A DNA stretch of 64,000 bases from a virus (IMGVR_UViG_3300034374_002231:668-64667); one strand, 5' to 3'. Counted from the first letter of the stretch, positions 37,583-47,130 are shown. Notes: generated by a model not told the origin, from the letters alone. Numbers and translations are program-made.

Positions 37583-38460
37583 GCGTAGCCACCTCCAAAG
37601 AAGCCACCAACCCCAGCGGCCATGTTGTTACCTTGTCCGCCCCCCTTGCCACCATAGCCATAAGACGGCGTGCTATAGGCATTATACTGAGGAGCGATAC
37701 GAAATCCACTGGCCGACGGTTGCTGCATGCCATAGCCACCGTAGCCGCCGTAGCTGCCGTATGACGGCTGCTGCATGCCATAGCCACCGTATGACGGTTG
37801 CTGCATGCCATAGCCACCGTATCCATAGGAAGGCTGTCCGTAAGCCATAGCAGGTGGCTGCATGCCATAGCCACCATAATTGTATGATGTCTGCATCGGC
37901 ATAACTTGCGGGAGGTAGGACGCCAACATCTCGTTCAGACGAGACACCTGCGAAGAATACGGTGTGAATGACGGCTGTGTGTAGGAAGGAGTAGAATTAA
38001 AAAACTGAGTAACCGCAGGGGAGGGGACATATGAAAATTCAGGGGCTTCGATAGCGATACCACGGGGAGCGTTAGGATCACCCGCGGCTGAAGAGGGCAG
38101 AAAACGGCGTCCTTCAGAGCCTTCACCTTGGCTGACATACCCACCATAGGAACTACCTGCGCCCTCTCGGCCCGGATCAAAATAGCGGGCAATCCCAGTG
38201 GCCCGTATACCCGAGCCGCTCGGCGTGGCTCCTATGGCGTTGGACGTACGCCCAATCCACCCGCCCGGGCTGCTGGTGTTCTGACGATTCTCGCCCGCGC
38301 CTAGAGTACCACCCCCGGCAACATAGTCAGCGTTCGAGCCAGAGTAGAAATAGTCACCCGCGCCGCCAGCACCGCCGCCGTTGACCATATCCAGCTGCTT
38401 GTCGGCAAAATTTATCTTGCCATCGTTGTTTGCGTCGTACCCGCCGTAGCCCGACCCCAT
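37579..38460 (-). CDS. Low-complexity Gly/Tyr/Ser/Gln-rich protein with an EF-hand-like loop
   Basis: RBS AAGGAGA before ATG at 38460 (MGSGYGGYDANNDGKINFAD); YGGYGMQQPS repeats. Confidence 0.7.
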   Translation of the reverse strand: MGSGYGGYDANNDGKINFADKQLDMVNGGGAGGAGDYFYSGSNADYVAGGGTLGAGENRQNTSSPGGWIGRTSNAIGATPSGSGIRATGIARYFDPGREGAGSSYGGYVSQGEGSEGRRFLPSSAAGDPNAPRGIAIEAPEFSYVPSPAVTQFFNSTPSYTQPSFTPYSSQVSRLNEMLASYLPQVMPMQTSYNYGGYGMQPPAMAYGQPSYGYGGYGMQQPSYGGYGMQQPSYGSYGGYGGYGMQQPSASGFRIAPQYNAYSTPSYGYGGKGGGQGNNMAAGVGGFFGGGYA

Positions 38461-38520
38461 ACGCTGTCTCCTTGCCCTAACACGGTGGACTATACCGTGA
38501 AACACCCCAATCTGGCAATG

Positions 38521-40083
38521 TCAGTAATAGTCTGCCTTCCTACGGTAGTTGAAGTCCTCCTCCGGCTCGTCCGTGGGCAGTCGAATGAACCCGCCCTGAC
38601 GGAACCGCAGCAGTGCCATAACCGTAGAGTCAACCAAGTCGTCGTGTGACCCGTACGGGAATGACGCCACTTCTTCAATGACCTCCTCAGCCCACCGTTT
38701 AGGCGGTGCCCAGACCATCCCAGAGGCCAAAATGTCCGCAACGGAGTTCAGGCGGGCCAACTTGTCCCCTGTACCGCGGTGCGGTGTGTACTCCTGCAGC
38801 GGGATACCCATCCGGCGCAGTTCTTGATAGATAGCCACCCCCGCACTCTTCTTTTCCACAATGAAGCTGTCCGGCTCCCACTCTTTCCAGTGCTCTAGGC
38901 ACAGAGCCTTCAGTTCCGGGAAGTCCAGACGCTCTTTGACAGCATTCAACAATATCAGCCCGGGTTCCCCCGTGTCCTCGTTGTAGAATACCCCCCACGT
39001 CGTCAGTGCGGTGAAGTCGGCACGGTTATGTTTCTCTGCCGCGGCGTCGAGTGACGATATAATGTATTCGCACGCGGGGGGTCGTTCCTTACCCCATGTG
39101 TTCCACCACTCCCGCTTGACGATTGACGCTTCTTCGGACGTGGGGTTCTGCTGATACTGAGCGTTCCACTGGAACAGCGGCATCGACGCCTTGGTGCGGT
39201 GCAGGGCAGGCAGGTCGAAGAACTCCGGCCAGAGCGCTTTCTCCTTAGTCCGACCCTTCTTGTCCTCCACCTCCATGATGGCAGGCAGTTCGACAACCTC
39301 ATATTGATCCGAGCCTTCGTTTTGTACCATATCTCGTACAACGCGTCCGGTGAGATCATCCATGTGCCAACGTGTCTGCACGACCGCTACGCGCCCCCCG
39401 GGCATCAGACGGGTACGGGCACCGAATGTGAACCACTCGTAGGCCTTCTCGAACACTTCGAAGTTACCGTTCAGCACGTCCTGTTCTGAGTGGGGGTCGT
39501 CGATCAACAACAAGTCCGCACCGCGACCGGCCAAGGCCGACCCGACGCCGCAGGCGAAATACTCGCCTCCCGCGTTCGTGTTCCACCGACCGGCCGACTT
39601 ACTGTCTGCAGCCAGCGTCACTGCCGGAAAAACTTTCCGGAAATCCTCAGACGCGATGAGGTTACGGACTTTGCGACCAAAGTCTACCGCGAGATCCGTG
39701 GTGTGCGACACCATCATGACTTTCTTGTTCGGATTGCGACCCAAGAACCACGCAGGGTAATATACTGAGACCAACTGCGACTTACCGTGACGAGGCGGCA
39801 TGTTTACGCAGATCCGGTCCTTATCCCCGGCCTCAATAGCCATAAGCTGATCCGCAAGGATGCGGTGGTGTCGGCCTACCTTATAATCAGGTTGCATGGC
39901 CTTGCAGAACTCAATCAGGTCGTCCTGCACCGCCTTTTGGGCGTTTCTACGCTCCAACTCCTCCAGTTGTTCGCTGATGGCCGCGACTTCCCGGTCCGAC
40001 AGATTGTCTATATTTTGAAGCAGCAGCTGAAGCTCAGCTTCGCTGAATCCGAGGTCGCTGACTGGCTCCACAGTGTCTTTCAT
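38521..40083 (-). CDS. terL: Terminase large subunit
   Basis: Walker A NMPPRHGKS, Walker B LLLIDDP, VQTRWH, nuclease motif HDDLVDS. Confidence 0.95.
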   Translation of the reverse strand: MKDTVEPVSDLGFSEAELQLLLQNIDNLSDREVAAISEQLEELERRNAQKAVQDDLIEFCKAMQPDYKVGRHHRILADQLMAIEAGDKDRICVNMPPRHGKSQLVSVYYPAWFLGRNPNKKVMMVSHTTDLAVDFGRKVRNLIASEDFRKVFPAVTLAADSKSAGRWNTNAGGEYFACGVGSALAGRGADLLLIDDPHSEQDVLNGNFEVFEKAYEWFTFGARTRLMPGGRVAVVQTRWHMDDLTGRVVRDMVQNEGSDQYEVVELPAIMEVEDKKGRTKEKALWPEFFDLPALHRTKASMPLFQWNAQYQQNPTSEEASIVKREWWNTWGKERPPACEYIISSLDAAAEKHNRADFTALTTWGVFYNEDTGEPGLILLNAVKERLDFPELKALCLEHWKEWEPDSFIVEKKSAGVAIYQELRRMGIPLQEYTPHRGTGDKLARLNSVADILASGMVWAPPKRWAEEVIEEVASFPYGSHDDLVDSTVMALLRFRQGGFIRLPTDEPEEDFNYRRKADYY

Positions 40084-40694
40084 TCTTCATCCCATGCGTT
40101 GTCGAGCGCCACCGAAGACATAGGCTCGACTTCGACCACCTCTGCATCCACGACGTCCTCTCCGACAAGTCGGGACAACTTCTGCCGCAGGGAATCCCGC
40201 AGCTCATCAGACGTACGATGCGTCACCGTAACCTCGCTACGCTCTGCAAACAGTCCGACATCGCTGACCTTACCAAGCAGTTCCAGTGCCTTGATCCGAA
40301 TACGAGGGTCAGGGTTGTCCGTCTCCTCCAGCAGCTTGTTCGTCACGTAGTTCCGCACCTGCTCGGCATCATCTACGATCCTATGGCTGAATTGCCGGAG
40401 TTGGTGGTCAATCGCACGCAGGGCTGAGGGTGTCATGGTACCTATCCGTCTCTCTGTCATGGCCTTTGTCGCCGCATCTGGGTCTCTTGCATAATCCATC
40501 AGCACCGAGCCTGCCGTTTCGCAGTCGTCCGAACCAAGGACGACCTTTAGTCCGTGAGTCGCCAGCAGCTCCACCGTTTTCGCAGCTGCGGCCATGTGTT
40601 CTGGCAGCGACTCCGTAGGTGGCGCGCTGCCATGCTTAAAGCTCAGCCCATCAGGCATCGGTACGTCTGACTCAGGCACAAGAGATAGTGTCAT
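40080..40694 (-). CDS. Terminase small subunit (probable)
   Basis: Directly upstream of terL; IRIKALELLGKVSDVGLFAERSEV; start either 40694 or 40703. Confidence 0.7.
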   Translation of the reverse strand: MTLSLVPESDVPMPDGLSFKHGSAPPTESLPEHMAAAAKTVELLATHGLKVVLGSDDCETAGSVLMDYARDPDAATKAMTERRIGTMTPSALRAIDHQLRQFSHRIVDDAEQVRNYVTNKLLEETDNPDPRIRIKALELLGKVSDVGLFAERSEVTVTHRTSDELRDSLRQKLSRLVGEDVVDAEVVEVEPMSSVALDNAWDEE

Positions 40695-41111
40695 GTGGTG
40701 CATGGTACCAACAAATATAGGGGTCTGACAATCCGGGACTCTTTATGCACGAAACAGGGGGTCGGCAGGGGGGTGGGGTGCTCCTTAATGCGCATGCGAT
40801 TGATACCCCCGGGGGAAGGTCGAATGGTCGGCTTGGACCGAATGTTCCGGTAATGTTCTGAAATGTGGTGTTGTGGGTGCGGAATAGCATTACTGCCGCA
40901 GCGGGCCGCCGCCTCGAAGCAGGGGGGATGCCCCCCGGTGGGGGTCCAGCCCCGGGGCGTTATACGTGCCGTATAACAGACCGTGACGCGATATTAAATG
41001 ACACGTTCCGAAACCAAACCGTGGCAAGGCATGGCAAAACGTGTCAGATATAGGTTATCGGAAGGGCAATCCCGCCTGACCGAAACCATGTCAACCGAGA
41101 AAGGACAAGAC

Positions 41112-41810
41112 ATGACAAACGCAACCGCAACCGCAACCGCCAAGGCAACCGCAACCGCCAAGGCAACCGCAACCGCCAAGGCACGCAAGCCGCGCGCTGC
41201 AAAGGCGCAAGCCGCCCCCGTCAATTTTTCCGTCAAAGATGCGGCGCTTGCCGCAACGGATGGGCTGAAAGCGCAAGGGCGGCTCGAAAGCGCGCAAGCT
41301 GCGCGCGACAAGGCCGCCCTTGCTTTCCGCGATATGGTCATCGCGGCAAGCCTGACCACGAACGATTTTCGTGGTGCGACAAAAGACAAGACGCGTGGTG
41401 AAGGCAAGCATTGTCAGGCCTTGCGGCAAGAGGTGGCCTTGTCTTGGTTGAACGCGGCCGAACGCAAGATTGTCGAAACGGCGAACGATAAGGCGAACGG
41501 TTCGCCTTATCACAAGGCCATGACCAAGGTCACGAACGCGGTCAATCGGTTCCTTGACCATGTGGATCGCGTGGCCAAGGCTGAGGCTGAGGCCAAGGCC
41601 AATGGCGGCAAGGGCAAGGGCAAGGCTAGCCCCGGCGGCCGCACAATCAAGGCCATGTCCGAGGTACTGACCGAGGGTTTCGGCACGATGCTGAAACGCC
41701 TTGGCAACGACAAGAGGTCGAAAAACCCCAGCGGGGCGAACCACGATACGGTCCGCAGGGTTTTGGAAAAGGCATTGAGAGATGCCTTGGCGGAAATGGC
41801 CAAGCAATAA
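41112..41810 (+). CDS. First early gene, Ala/Lys-rich protein
   Basis: RBS GAAAGGA before ATG at 41112; N-terminal TATAKA repeats (18-bp unit); followed by a terminator. Confidence 0.7.
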   Translation: MTNATATATAKATATAKATATAKARKPRAAKAQAAPVNFSVKDAALAATDGLKAQGRLESAQAARDKAALAFRDMVIAASLTTNDFRGATKDKTRGEGKHCQALRQEVALSWLNAAERKIVETANDKANGSPYHKAMTKVTNAVNRFLDHVDRVAKAEAEAKANGGKGKGKASPGGRTIKAMSEVLTEGFGTMLKRLGNDKRSKNPSGANHDTVRRVLEKALRDALAEMAKQ

Positions 41811-41814
41811 CACG

Positions 41815-41844
41815 AAGGGCGGCGCGAAAGCGCCGCCTTTTTTT
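41815..41844 (+). terminator. Rho-independent terminator
   Basis: GGCGGCGC-GAAA-GCGCCGCC then TTTTTTT. Confidence 0.9.
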
Positions 41845-42017
41845 GTGCCTTGCGTCCTGCGGGACGCTGCGTCACCAGTTACCCCAACAGCACGGGGCGC
41901 GTTATACGCACCGTATAACAGCACCGGGTCGACAGCGGTTCCGGCCCAGCGACACGTCTCCACGCGTCACCAGTTACCGCAGCAGCACAGGGCACGAGGT
42001 CGGACAGCACACGGCAT

Positions 42018-42157
42018 ACGAGGTTGTTATACGGGCCGTATAACACGTTCGGCCGCCGCATCACCAGTTTCCACAGCAGCACAGGGCACGAGGTTGTTAT
42101 ACGGGCCGTATAACACGTTCGGCCGCCGCATCACCAGTTTCCACAGCAGCACAGGGC
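42018..42157. repeat. Exact 70-bp direct tandem duplication containing the palindromic box
   Basis: 42018-42087 equals 42088-42157; degenerate partial units near 41870 and 41965. Confidence 0.9.
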
Positions 42158-42329
42158 GCGCTACACGCTAGGCGCGAAGCCGGGCGAAAAATTTACAACT
42201 TGTGGGGGGTGCGAGGATTACGCTCAGAGCATTGCGTCCACCACTGCGTGGTGTAGCTAACGCTACGTGTAGCGTAACCCAAATTGAGATTTTGTCAACC
42301 CCCTCGCTCACGGGTTGTAACAATTCTAC

Positions 42330-42995
42330 CCAGAGATTGTTCCACAAATATATCACAACGTGGATGCGTTATACGGCCCGTATAACACTGATTTCATGTA
42401 ATGTTCCAGTCTACAACCATACACCTATTGTTCCAAATGTTCCAGTCGCCTAAAAAGAGTGGAACAATATAACGCGTTGATAACAAAAGAAAAAACGGGT
42501 ATTGTTCCAATGTTCCATAAATTCGAGGAATAGTGACCTCGGCAACCGTTTTCGTCTGACCGAATGCACCGCACCGTCAAACACCCCCCAAATTTTTCCA
42601 ACCCGGTATATACTAAAAAATGTGGAACATTTGGAACATTTGGAACAATAGGCATCTACTACTACTACTAACTATAAATATATATATATATATCAGACAC
42701 TTACACCAACACACATGCAGGTTTGTATTGTTCCAATTCAAAATCTTGAATAGGAACATTTGGAACATTACCGAATATCAATGACTTAGCGTTTTCGGTC
42801 CCGCTGGACCGCACACCCTGCACCCTATGCTGCCAATCCCACACCGTTGTTATACGACCTGTATAACAGCTACCAATACTTACCAGAACCTCACATGATA
42901 TTCTCAAATGAAACATGAGATTCTCAAATGAAGCATATTGACTCAAATCGTATTATATCGTACTATACTACGTATAGTTTGTTTGTTCCCGGGTC
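42330..42995. other. AT-rich non-coding region with TGTTCC/GGAACA repeats (candidate origin)
   Basis: More than 10 copies of TGTTCC in both orientations, some with 9-bp period; (CTA)n and (TA)n runs at 42656-42693. Confidence 0.5.
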
Positions 42996-43518
42996 TTGTT
43001 GACCAACGCTCTTTGACATCGTGATTGGCTGCGCCTGACGCAGCCCGGCCTAGCTAGGTGTTATACGCCCCGTATAACACCGATGATGCAGAACCAACCG
43101 GCCATTGCCTGTGACGCGCGGCTACGAAAACACCGCAGCGTGGGCACGCTCCCACTTCCAGTGGGGGCGTTGCAGAAATCAAGAACCAGCAAGCCACTGT
43201 ATTGGCATCAAGGGAGACGGGAGTTCCCCCCTACAAAACTCGAAGCCCCACGCAGCTATCACACGCGACGGTACGTTGGCCTGTTATACTTCGCGACCCG
43301 CGATGCGGGTTATACGCCTCGTATAACGGCTCATGCCACTTCATACCTAGCCCAGCCTGCACCCGAGAATGGTGCGGAAGCTGCTGCCGGTTGGTTCGAC
43401 AAAACACATACGTCAGCATCCGCTGACGTGGGCGACAACAGCTAGGACACGCGGATGCCCGCGTGTCTCATGGTGCAGTCGCGCCACCACACCGAAACCA
43501 TTGAGAAAGGAACTACAG

Positions 43519-43728
43519 ATGAAATTGACACACATCCCCCTCGCAGTCCGCGCCACTGTTCTGGCGCATGCCCGCGACATGCGCAGTATCAGGGGCGATC
43601 AACAACCAGATCAGTGGCTGGACGCCCGCTATCGGGCCGCTGCTGATCTGGCGCATGACTTGCGCCGTCTGCACGGCATCCACGCGCCCCAGTGGGCGCG
43701 CGACCTGATCTTTCAGGTCGCAACATAA
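43519..43728 (+). CDS. Early hypothetical protein
   Basis: RBS GAAAGGA; MKLTHIPLAVRA..., 69 aa. Confidence 0.65.
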   Translation: MKLTHIPLAVRATVLAHARDMRSIRGDQQPDQWLDARYRAAADLAHDLRRLHGIHAPQWARDLIFQVAT

Positions 43729-43793
43729 CCACACCGAAACCATCGCAACACGCCCCGTTATACGGGGCATATAACAGTGAGAAAGGAAGTATC

Positions 43794-44225
43794 ATGCTCA
43801 GCACAACAACACAGAACCAGATCAATCAGGAATGGGAACGCAAGGCAGAAGCCTTTGCGTGGGAGGACAAGCACCCTGTCCACCCGACAACCGACGTGCG
43901 GAACGACGCGTTCCGCAACGCGATGAACGCAATCGGGCACAAAGCCCTGCCGTTCATGAATGCCAAGTATACATACGTCAGCGATCTGGCGTGGGATGCC
44001 GCTGCCTGTGCCGACCTGGAGAAGGGGGACACGCTGTTCCTCCTCATCCGCGAGTGCGGCACGTCCCTGTTCACGCCGATCACGCAGGAGCCAGATCACG
44101 TCCAGCGCAAGCTGGAGGAGGTCATCGAACACGTAGACGTGTGCAGCACCCGCAAGGCTGTACTGCGCGTGGTGCGTGAAGCCTATGACACCTTCACGGT
44201 GTCGGTCGTGTACAACCGCGTGTGA
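43794..44225 (+). CDS. Early hypothetical protein
   Basis: Palindromic box and RBS GAAAGGA before MLSTTTQNQ. Confidence 0.7.
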   Translation: MLSTTTQNQINQEWERKAEAFAWEDKHPVHPTTDVRNDAFRNAMNAIGHKALPFMNAKYTYVSDLAWDAAACADLEKGDTLFLLIRECGTSLFTPITQEPDHVQRKLEEVIEHVDVCSTRKAVLRVVREAYDTFTVSVVYNRV

Positions 44226-44282
44226 CGCGGACAACCAGCGCCCCGTTATACGGGGCGTATAACATGAGAAAGGAGACCAGCA

Positions 44283-44459
44283 ATGGCTGGAGAACTTATG
44301 ACATTTGCCGCCCTGCCACAGGGCGCGCCGTTTTTCTTCAACGGCAACCGCTGCATCAAGCGGTCGTCCAAGACGGCCGAACTCGTTGACTACAAGCGGA
44401 CGTTCTACTTCCGCAAAGACGACGTGATCGCCCTCGGCTGGCCGGGAGATGGCGAATGA
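44283..44459 (+). CDS. 58-aa early hypothetical protein
   Basis: Box and RBS AAGGAG; MAGELMTFAALPQGAPFFFNGNRCIKRS; ATGA overlap with the next gene. Confidence 0.7.
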   Translation: MAGELMTFAALPQGAPFFFNGNRCIKRSSKTAELVDYKRTFYFRKDDVIALGWPGDGE

Positions 44460-44659
44460 CGCAGAAACCCACGCCCAAGACGTGCGCGTGCTGTGGGGAG
44501 ATGACCCCGCCGCTGATGCAGTGGTTCAACCAAGACACAGGCTACGGCCTGTGCGAGCCGTGCGCTGACTGGATCGAACAGCGAAGCGGGGCCGACTATC
44601 TCGCCGAAACCTACGGGCAGCGCGGAGTGCATATTGCAGATAACAGGGAGCAGAGATGA
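44456..44659 (+). CDS. Small zinc-finger protein
   Basis: CACCG...QWFNQDTGYGLCEPC. Confidence 0.7.
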   Translation: MTQKPTPKTCACCGEMTPPLMQWFNQDTGYGLCEPCADWIEQRSGADYLAETYGQRGVHIADNREQR

Positions 44660-44868
44660 GAACTAACGTAGACCCACACTGTATAACGTGTGGTGACGAG
44701 TACCCTCACGCGCGCCGCGCGTTGGGGTACCAGACCTGCCTTGACTGTGGGCAGGAAGCCGCTGTGGCCATGCGCGCAGGGTGGTGCATCGTGCCGCTGC
44801 CCAAGCAGGGTTACACACGGGTCACCCGCAAAGACGAACTGCAACACCTCAACCAGAAGCCCCGCTGA
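44656..44868 (+). CDS. DksA/TraR-type C4 zinc-finger protein
   Basis: CITCGDEYPHARRALGYQTCLDC fits the CxxCG..I..R.....CxxC pattern. Confidence 0.7.
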   Translation: MRTNVDPHCITCGDEYPHARRALGYQTCLDCGQEAAVAMRAGWCIVPLPKQGYTRVTRKDELQHLNQKPR

Positions 44869-44906
44869 TGCGGGGTTATACACAGCGTATAACAAGGAGA
44901 ACGACA

Positions 44907-45806
44907 ATGACTTTTACTTTCGATAACGCACCGGCACCGCAGGGTGCCACTCTTCAGTCCTCGACCATGCTGGTCGAACTGAGTATCTCGGTCTGGACTG
45001 CGCGCAAGCTGGACAAGCGTGCGTCTGACGACGTGACAACGCAGAAACGTGCCGACAAGGGTATGGCCAACGTCCACAAGAAGCTGATTGCCTGTGACGA
45101 GTTGACCGCGATCCAGAAGTTCGCCGCGAACGCACGCACGTCGCACCACTATGCTATGACGCTGCCGTGGTCCGACAGCGGGCTGCGTATGCTGCCGACG
45201 TCGAAGTATTTCGGCTATCACAAGACCATGACCGGACTGCAAGCCGAGTTCGACAGGCTCGTGGAGAAGTTCTTGGCCCGGTACGAGTGGCTTATCAACG
45301 AGACCCAGATCAAGCTGGGCGACATGTATAACCCAGCCGAGTACCCGTCGCTTGACAGGATGCAGGCCAAGTTCGGCTTTCGCCTCAACTACATTCCCTT
45401 GCCCGAGGCGGGCGACTTCCGCGTGGACATTGGCAACCAGCAGGCTGCCGAGTTGCAGCAGCAGTATGCTTCGTTCTACGAAGCGCAGCTGACCCGGGCG
45501 ATGGGCAACCTGTGGTCCCGTACATACAAGACGCTGACCCACATGTCCGAGCGGCTGGACTACGCTGACCACGAACAGAAGAAGGTGTTCCATAACACGT
45601 TGGTGTCCAACGTGCTGGACCTGATCGACATGATGGAGACCATGAACATCACCAACGATCCGAACATGCAGCTGCAAAGCCGTCGCCTCAAGATGGCGAT
45701 GCAGGGTATCTCGCCGGACGCGTTGCGTGAGGACGAGGGTCTGCGCCGTGAGACCAAGCGGGCTGTGGACGAGGCCATCAAGGCCCTGCCGTCGCTCGAC
45801 TTCTAA
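44907..45806 (+). CDS. DUF3150-like phage protein
   Basis: Box and RBS AAGGAG; MLVELSISVWTARKLD...TLPWSDSGLRMLP...YNPAEYPS. Confidence 0.65.
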   Translation: MTFTFDNAPAPQGATLQSSTMLVELSISVWTARKLDKRASDDVTTQKRADKGMANVHKKLIACDELTAIQKFAANARTSHHYAMTLPWSDSGLRMLPTSKYFGYHKTMTGLQAEFDRLVEKFLARYEWLINETQIKLGDMYNPAEYPSLDRMQAKFGFRLNYIPLPEAGDFRVDIGNQQAAELQQQYASFYEAQLTRAMGNLWSRTYKTLTHMSERLDYADHEQKKVFHNTLVSNVLDLIDMMETMNITNDPNMQLQSRRLKMAMQGISPDALREDEGLRRETKRAVDEAIKALPSLDF

Positions 45807-45878
45807 TACAATACGTCAACCAGCGGGGCGTTATACGCCCCGTATAACAAATCAAATCAAACCAAACGGAGAACTACC

Positions 45879-46967
45879 ATGACTAACACTATGTATCACC
45901 TCGGTCTGGACCAGACCGCAAACCTCATCAAGATCATTGGCCACAAGCGCACCGTGCTGGCGCAGGGTCACATGGGTACCGGCAAGTCCTCGCTGCTCAA
46001 GATGCTGGCCGAGATGCTGCCGACGCACACCCCCGTGTACTTCGACTGCACGACCAAGGACTTGGGTGACCTCATGTTGCCACGCATCGCCGAGGTGGAC
46101 ACAGAGACACCGTACGTCAGCTACGCACCGAACGAGGAGTTGGGTATCCACCACAACACCCCCGTGATCGTCATGCTTGACGAGTATGGCAAGGCTAACG
46201 CCGCTGTGAAGCAGGGCCTGACCGCCTTCATGCTGGAGCGCCGGTTGGGTAACAACGTGCTGCACCCTGACAGCATCGTGTTCTGCACCACCAACCTCGG
46301 GGCCGAGGGCGTGGGCGACTTGCTTGTGGCACACCAGCGCAACCGCATCATCCCTGTCACGGTACGCAAGCCTAGCAACGTGGACTGGATCGAGTGGGGC
46401 ATCAACAACGGGATCGACCACAGCCTGTTGGGCTGGTGCCGTGACAACCCGCAGCTGTTCGCTGACTTCACCGAGATCAAAGATCCGGACGAGAACCCTT
46501 ACATCTTCCATCCTCGTGCGCAGCGTGCTGCCTTCGTCACACCTCGTTCGCTCGAAACTGCGTCTGACATTCTCAAGACGCGTGAGTTCCTTGACGACCA
46601 GACGGTGGTGGCTGGCTTGATCGGTGCCATCGGTGATCGTGCGGCGATGGACTTGATGGCCTTCGTCAAGCTGGCTGACCAGCTGCCCAGCTTGCAGTCT
46701 ATCAAGGACGACCCGAAGAACGCTATCGTGCCGACCAGCGCCGCAGCTGTGTGTATGGTGGTGTATCGTACCATGGCAGCGCTCGAACGTGACTGGCTCG
46801 ACGCGTGGATGGACTACATGGTGCGGCTGCCGAAAGAGGCGCAGGGTATGTTTGCCAACGGTGTCCGCACCCCGAAGTATTCCAAGCAGCCCATGGTGAT
46901 GACCAACACCAAGTTCACCAACTGGGCCATGCAGAACAGCTATCTCTACGCAGCTGACATCAAGTGA
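45879..46967 (+). CDS. AAA+ ATPase (MoxR/AAA_5-like)
   Basis: Walker A GHMGTGKS, Walker B VMLDE, TTN, NR, TPRS. Confidence 0.88.
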   Translation: MTNTMYHLGLDQTANLIKIIGHKRTVLAQGHMGTGKSSLLKMLAEMLPTHTPVYFDCTTKDLGDLMLPRIAEVDTETPYVSYAPNEELGIHHNTPVIVMLDEYGKANAAVKQGLTAFMLERRLGNNVLHPDSIVFCTTNLGAEGVGDLLVAHQRNRIIPVTVRKPSNVDWIEWGINNGIDHSLLGWCRDNPQLFADFTEIKDPDENPYIFHPRAQRAAFVTPRSLETASDILKTREFLDDQTVVAGLIGAIGDRAAMDLMAFVKLADQLPSLQSIKDDPKNAIVPTSAAAVCMVVYRTMAALERDWLDAWMDYMVRLPKEAQGMFANGVRTPKYSKQPMVMTNTKFTNWAMQNSYLYAADIK

Positions 46968-46974
46968 GGGACAC

Positions 46975-47130
46975 ATGTCGACCGATGACCTGAAAACGGC
47001 CCAGCTTATTCTGGACCTCAAGGAAATGCTTCGCGTCTACGTAGACGGGAAGGATCACAACGAAACTCGTGGCCAAGCCTTGGCCACGATACGCGAAGCA
47101 AACGCATGGCTATATGGAGAGGACAAATGA
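46975..47130 (+). CDS. 51-aa hypothetical protein
   Basis: RBS GAGG; MSTDDLKTAQLILDLKEMLR; ATGA overlap with the next gene. Confidence 0.6.
   Translation: MSTDDLKTAQLILDLKEMLRVYVDGKDHNETRGQALATIREANAWLYGEDK

Noticed and set aside
572-40430. Long plus-strand ORFs opposite the virion genes (e.g. 4808-6589, 10648-11784, 32772-33959)
   Set aside because: Antisense shadows of GC-rich coding sequence with no recognisable motifs
42420-42780. LexA boxes among the GTTC repeats
   Set aside because: Spacing is N4-N5, not the N7 of the alphaproteobacterial SOS box
41865-43330. CRISPR array (palindromic repeats plus a Cas4-like gene)
   Set aside because: Spacing is irregular (70 to about 480 bp), intervening sequences are partly duplicated, there is no cas1/cas2, and the Cas4-like nuclease sits in an ordinary replication module
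43080-43500. tRNA genes
   Set aside because: A GTTCGA is present near 43394 but no cloverleaf with an acceptor stem could be built
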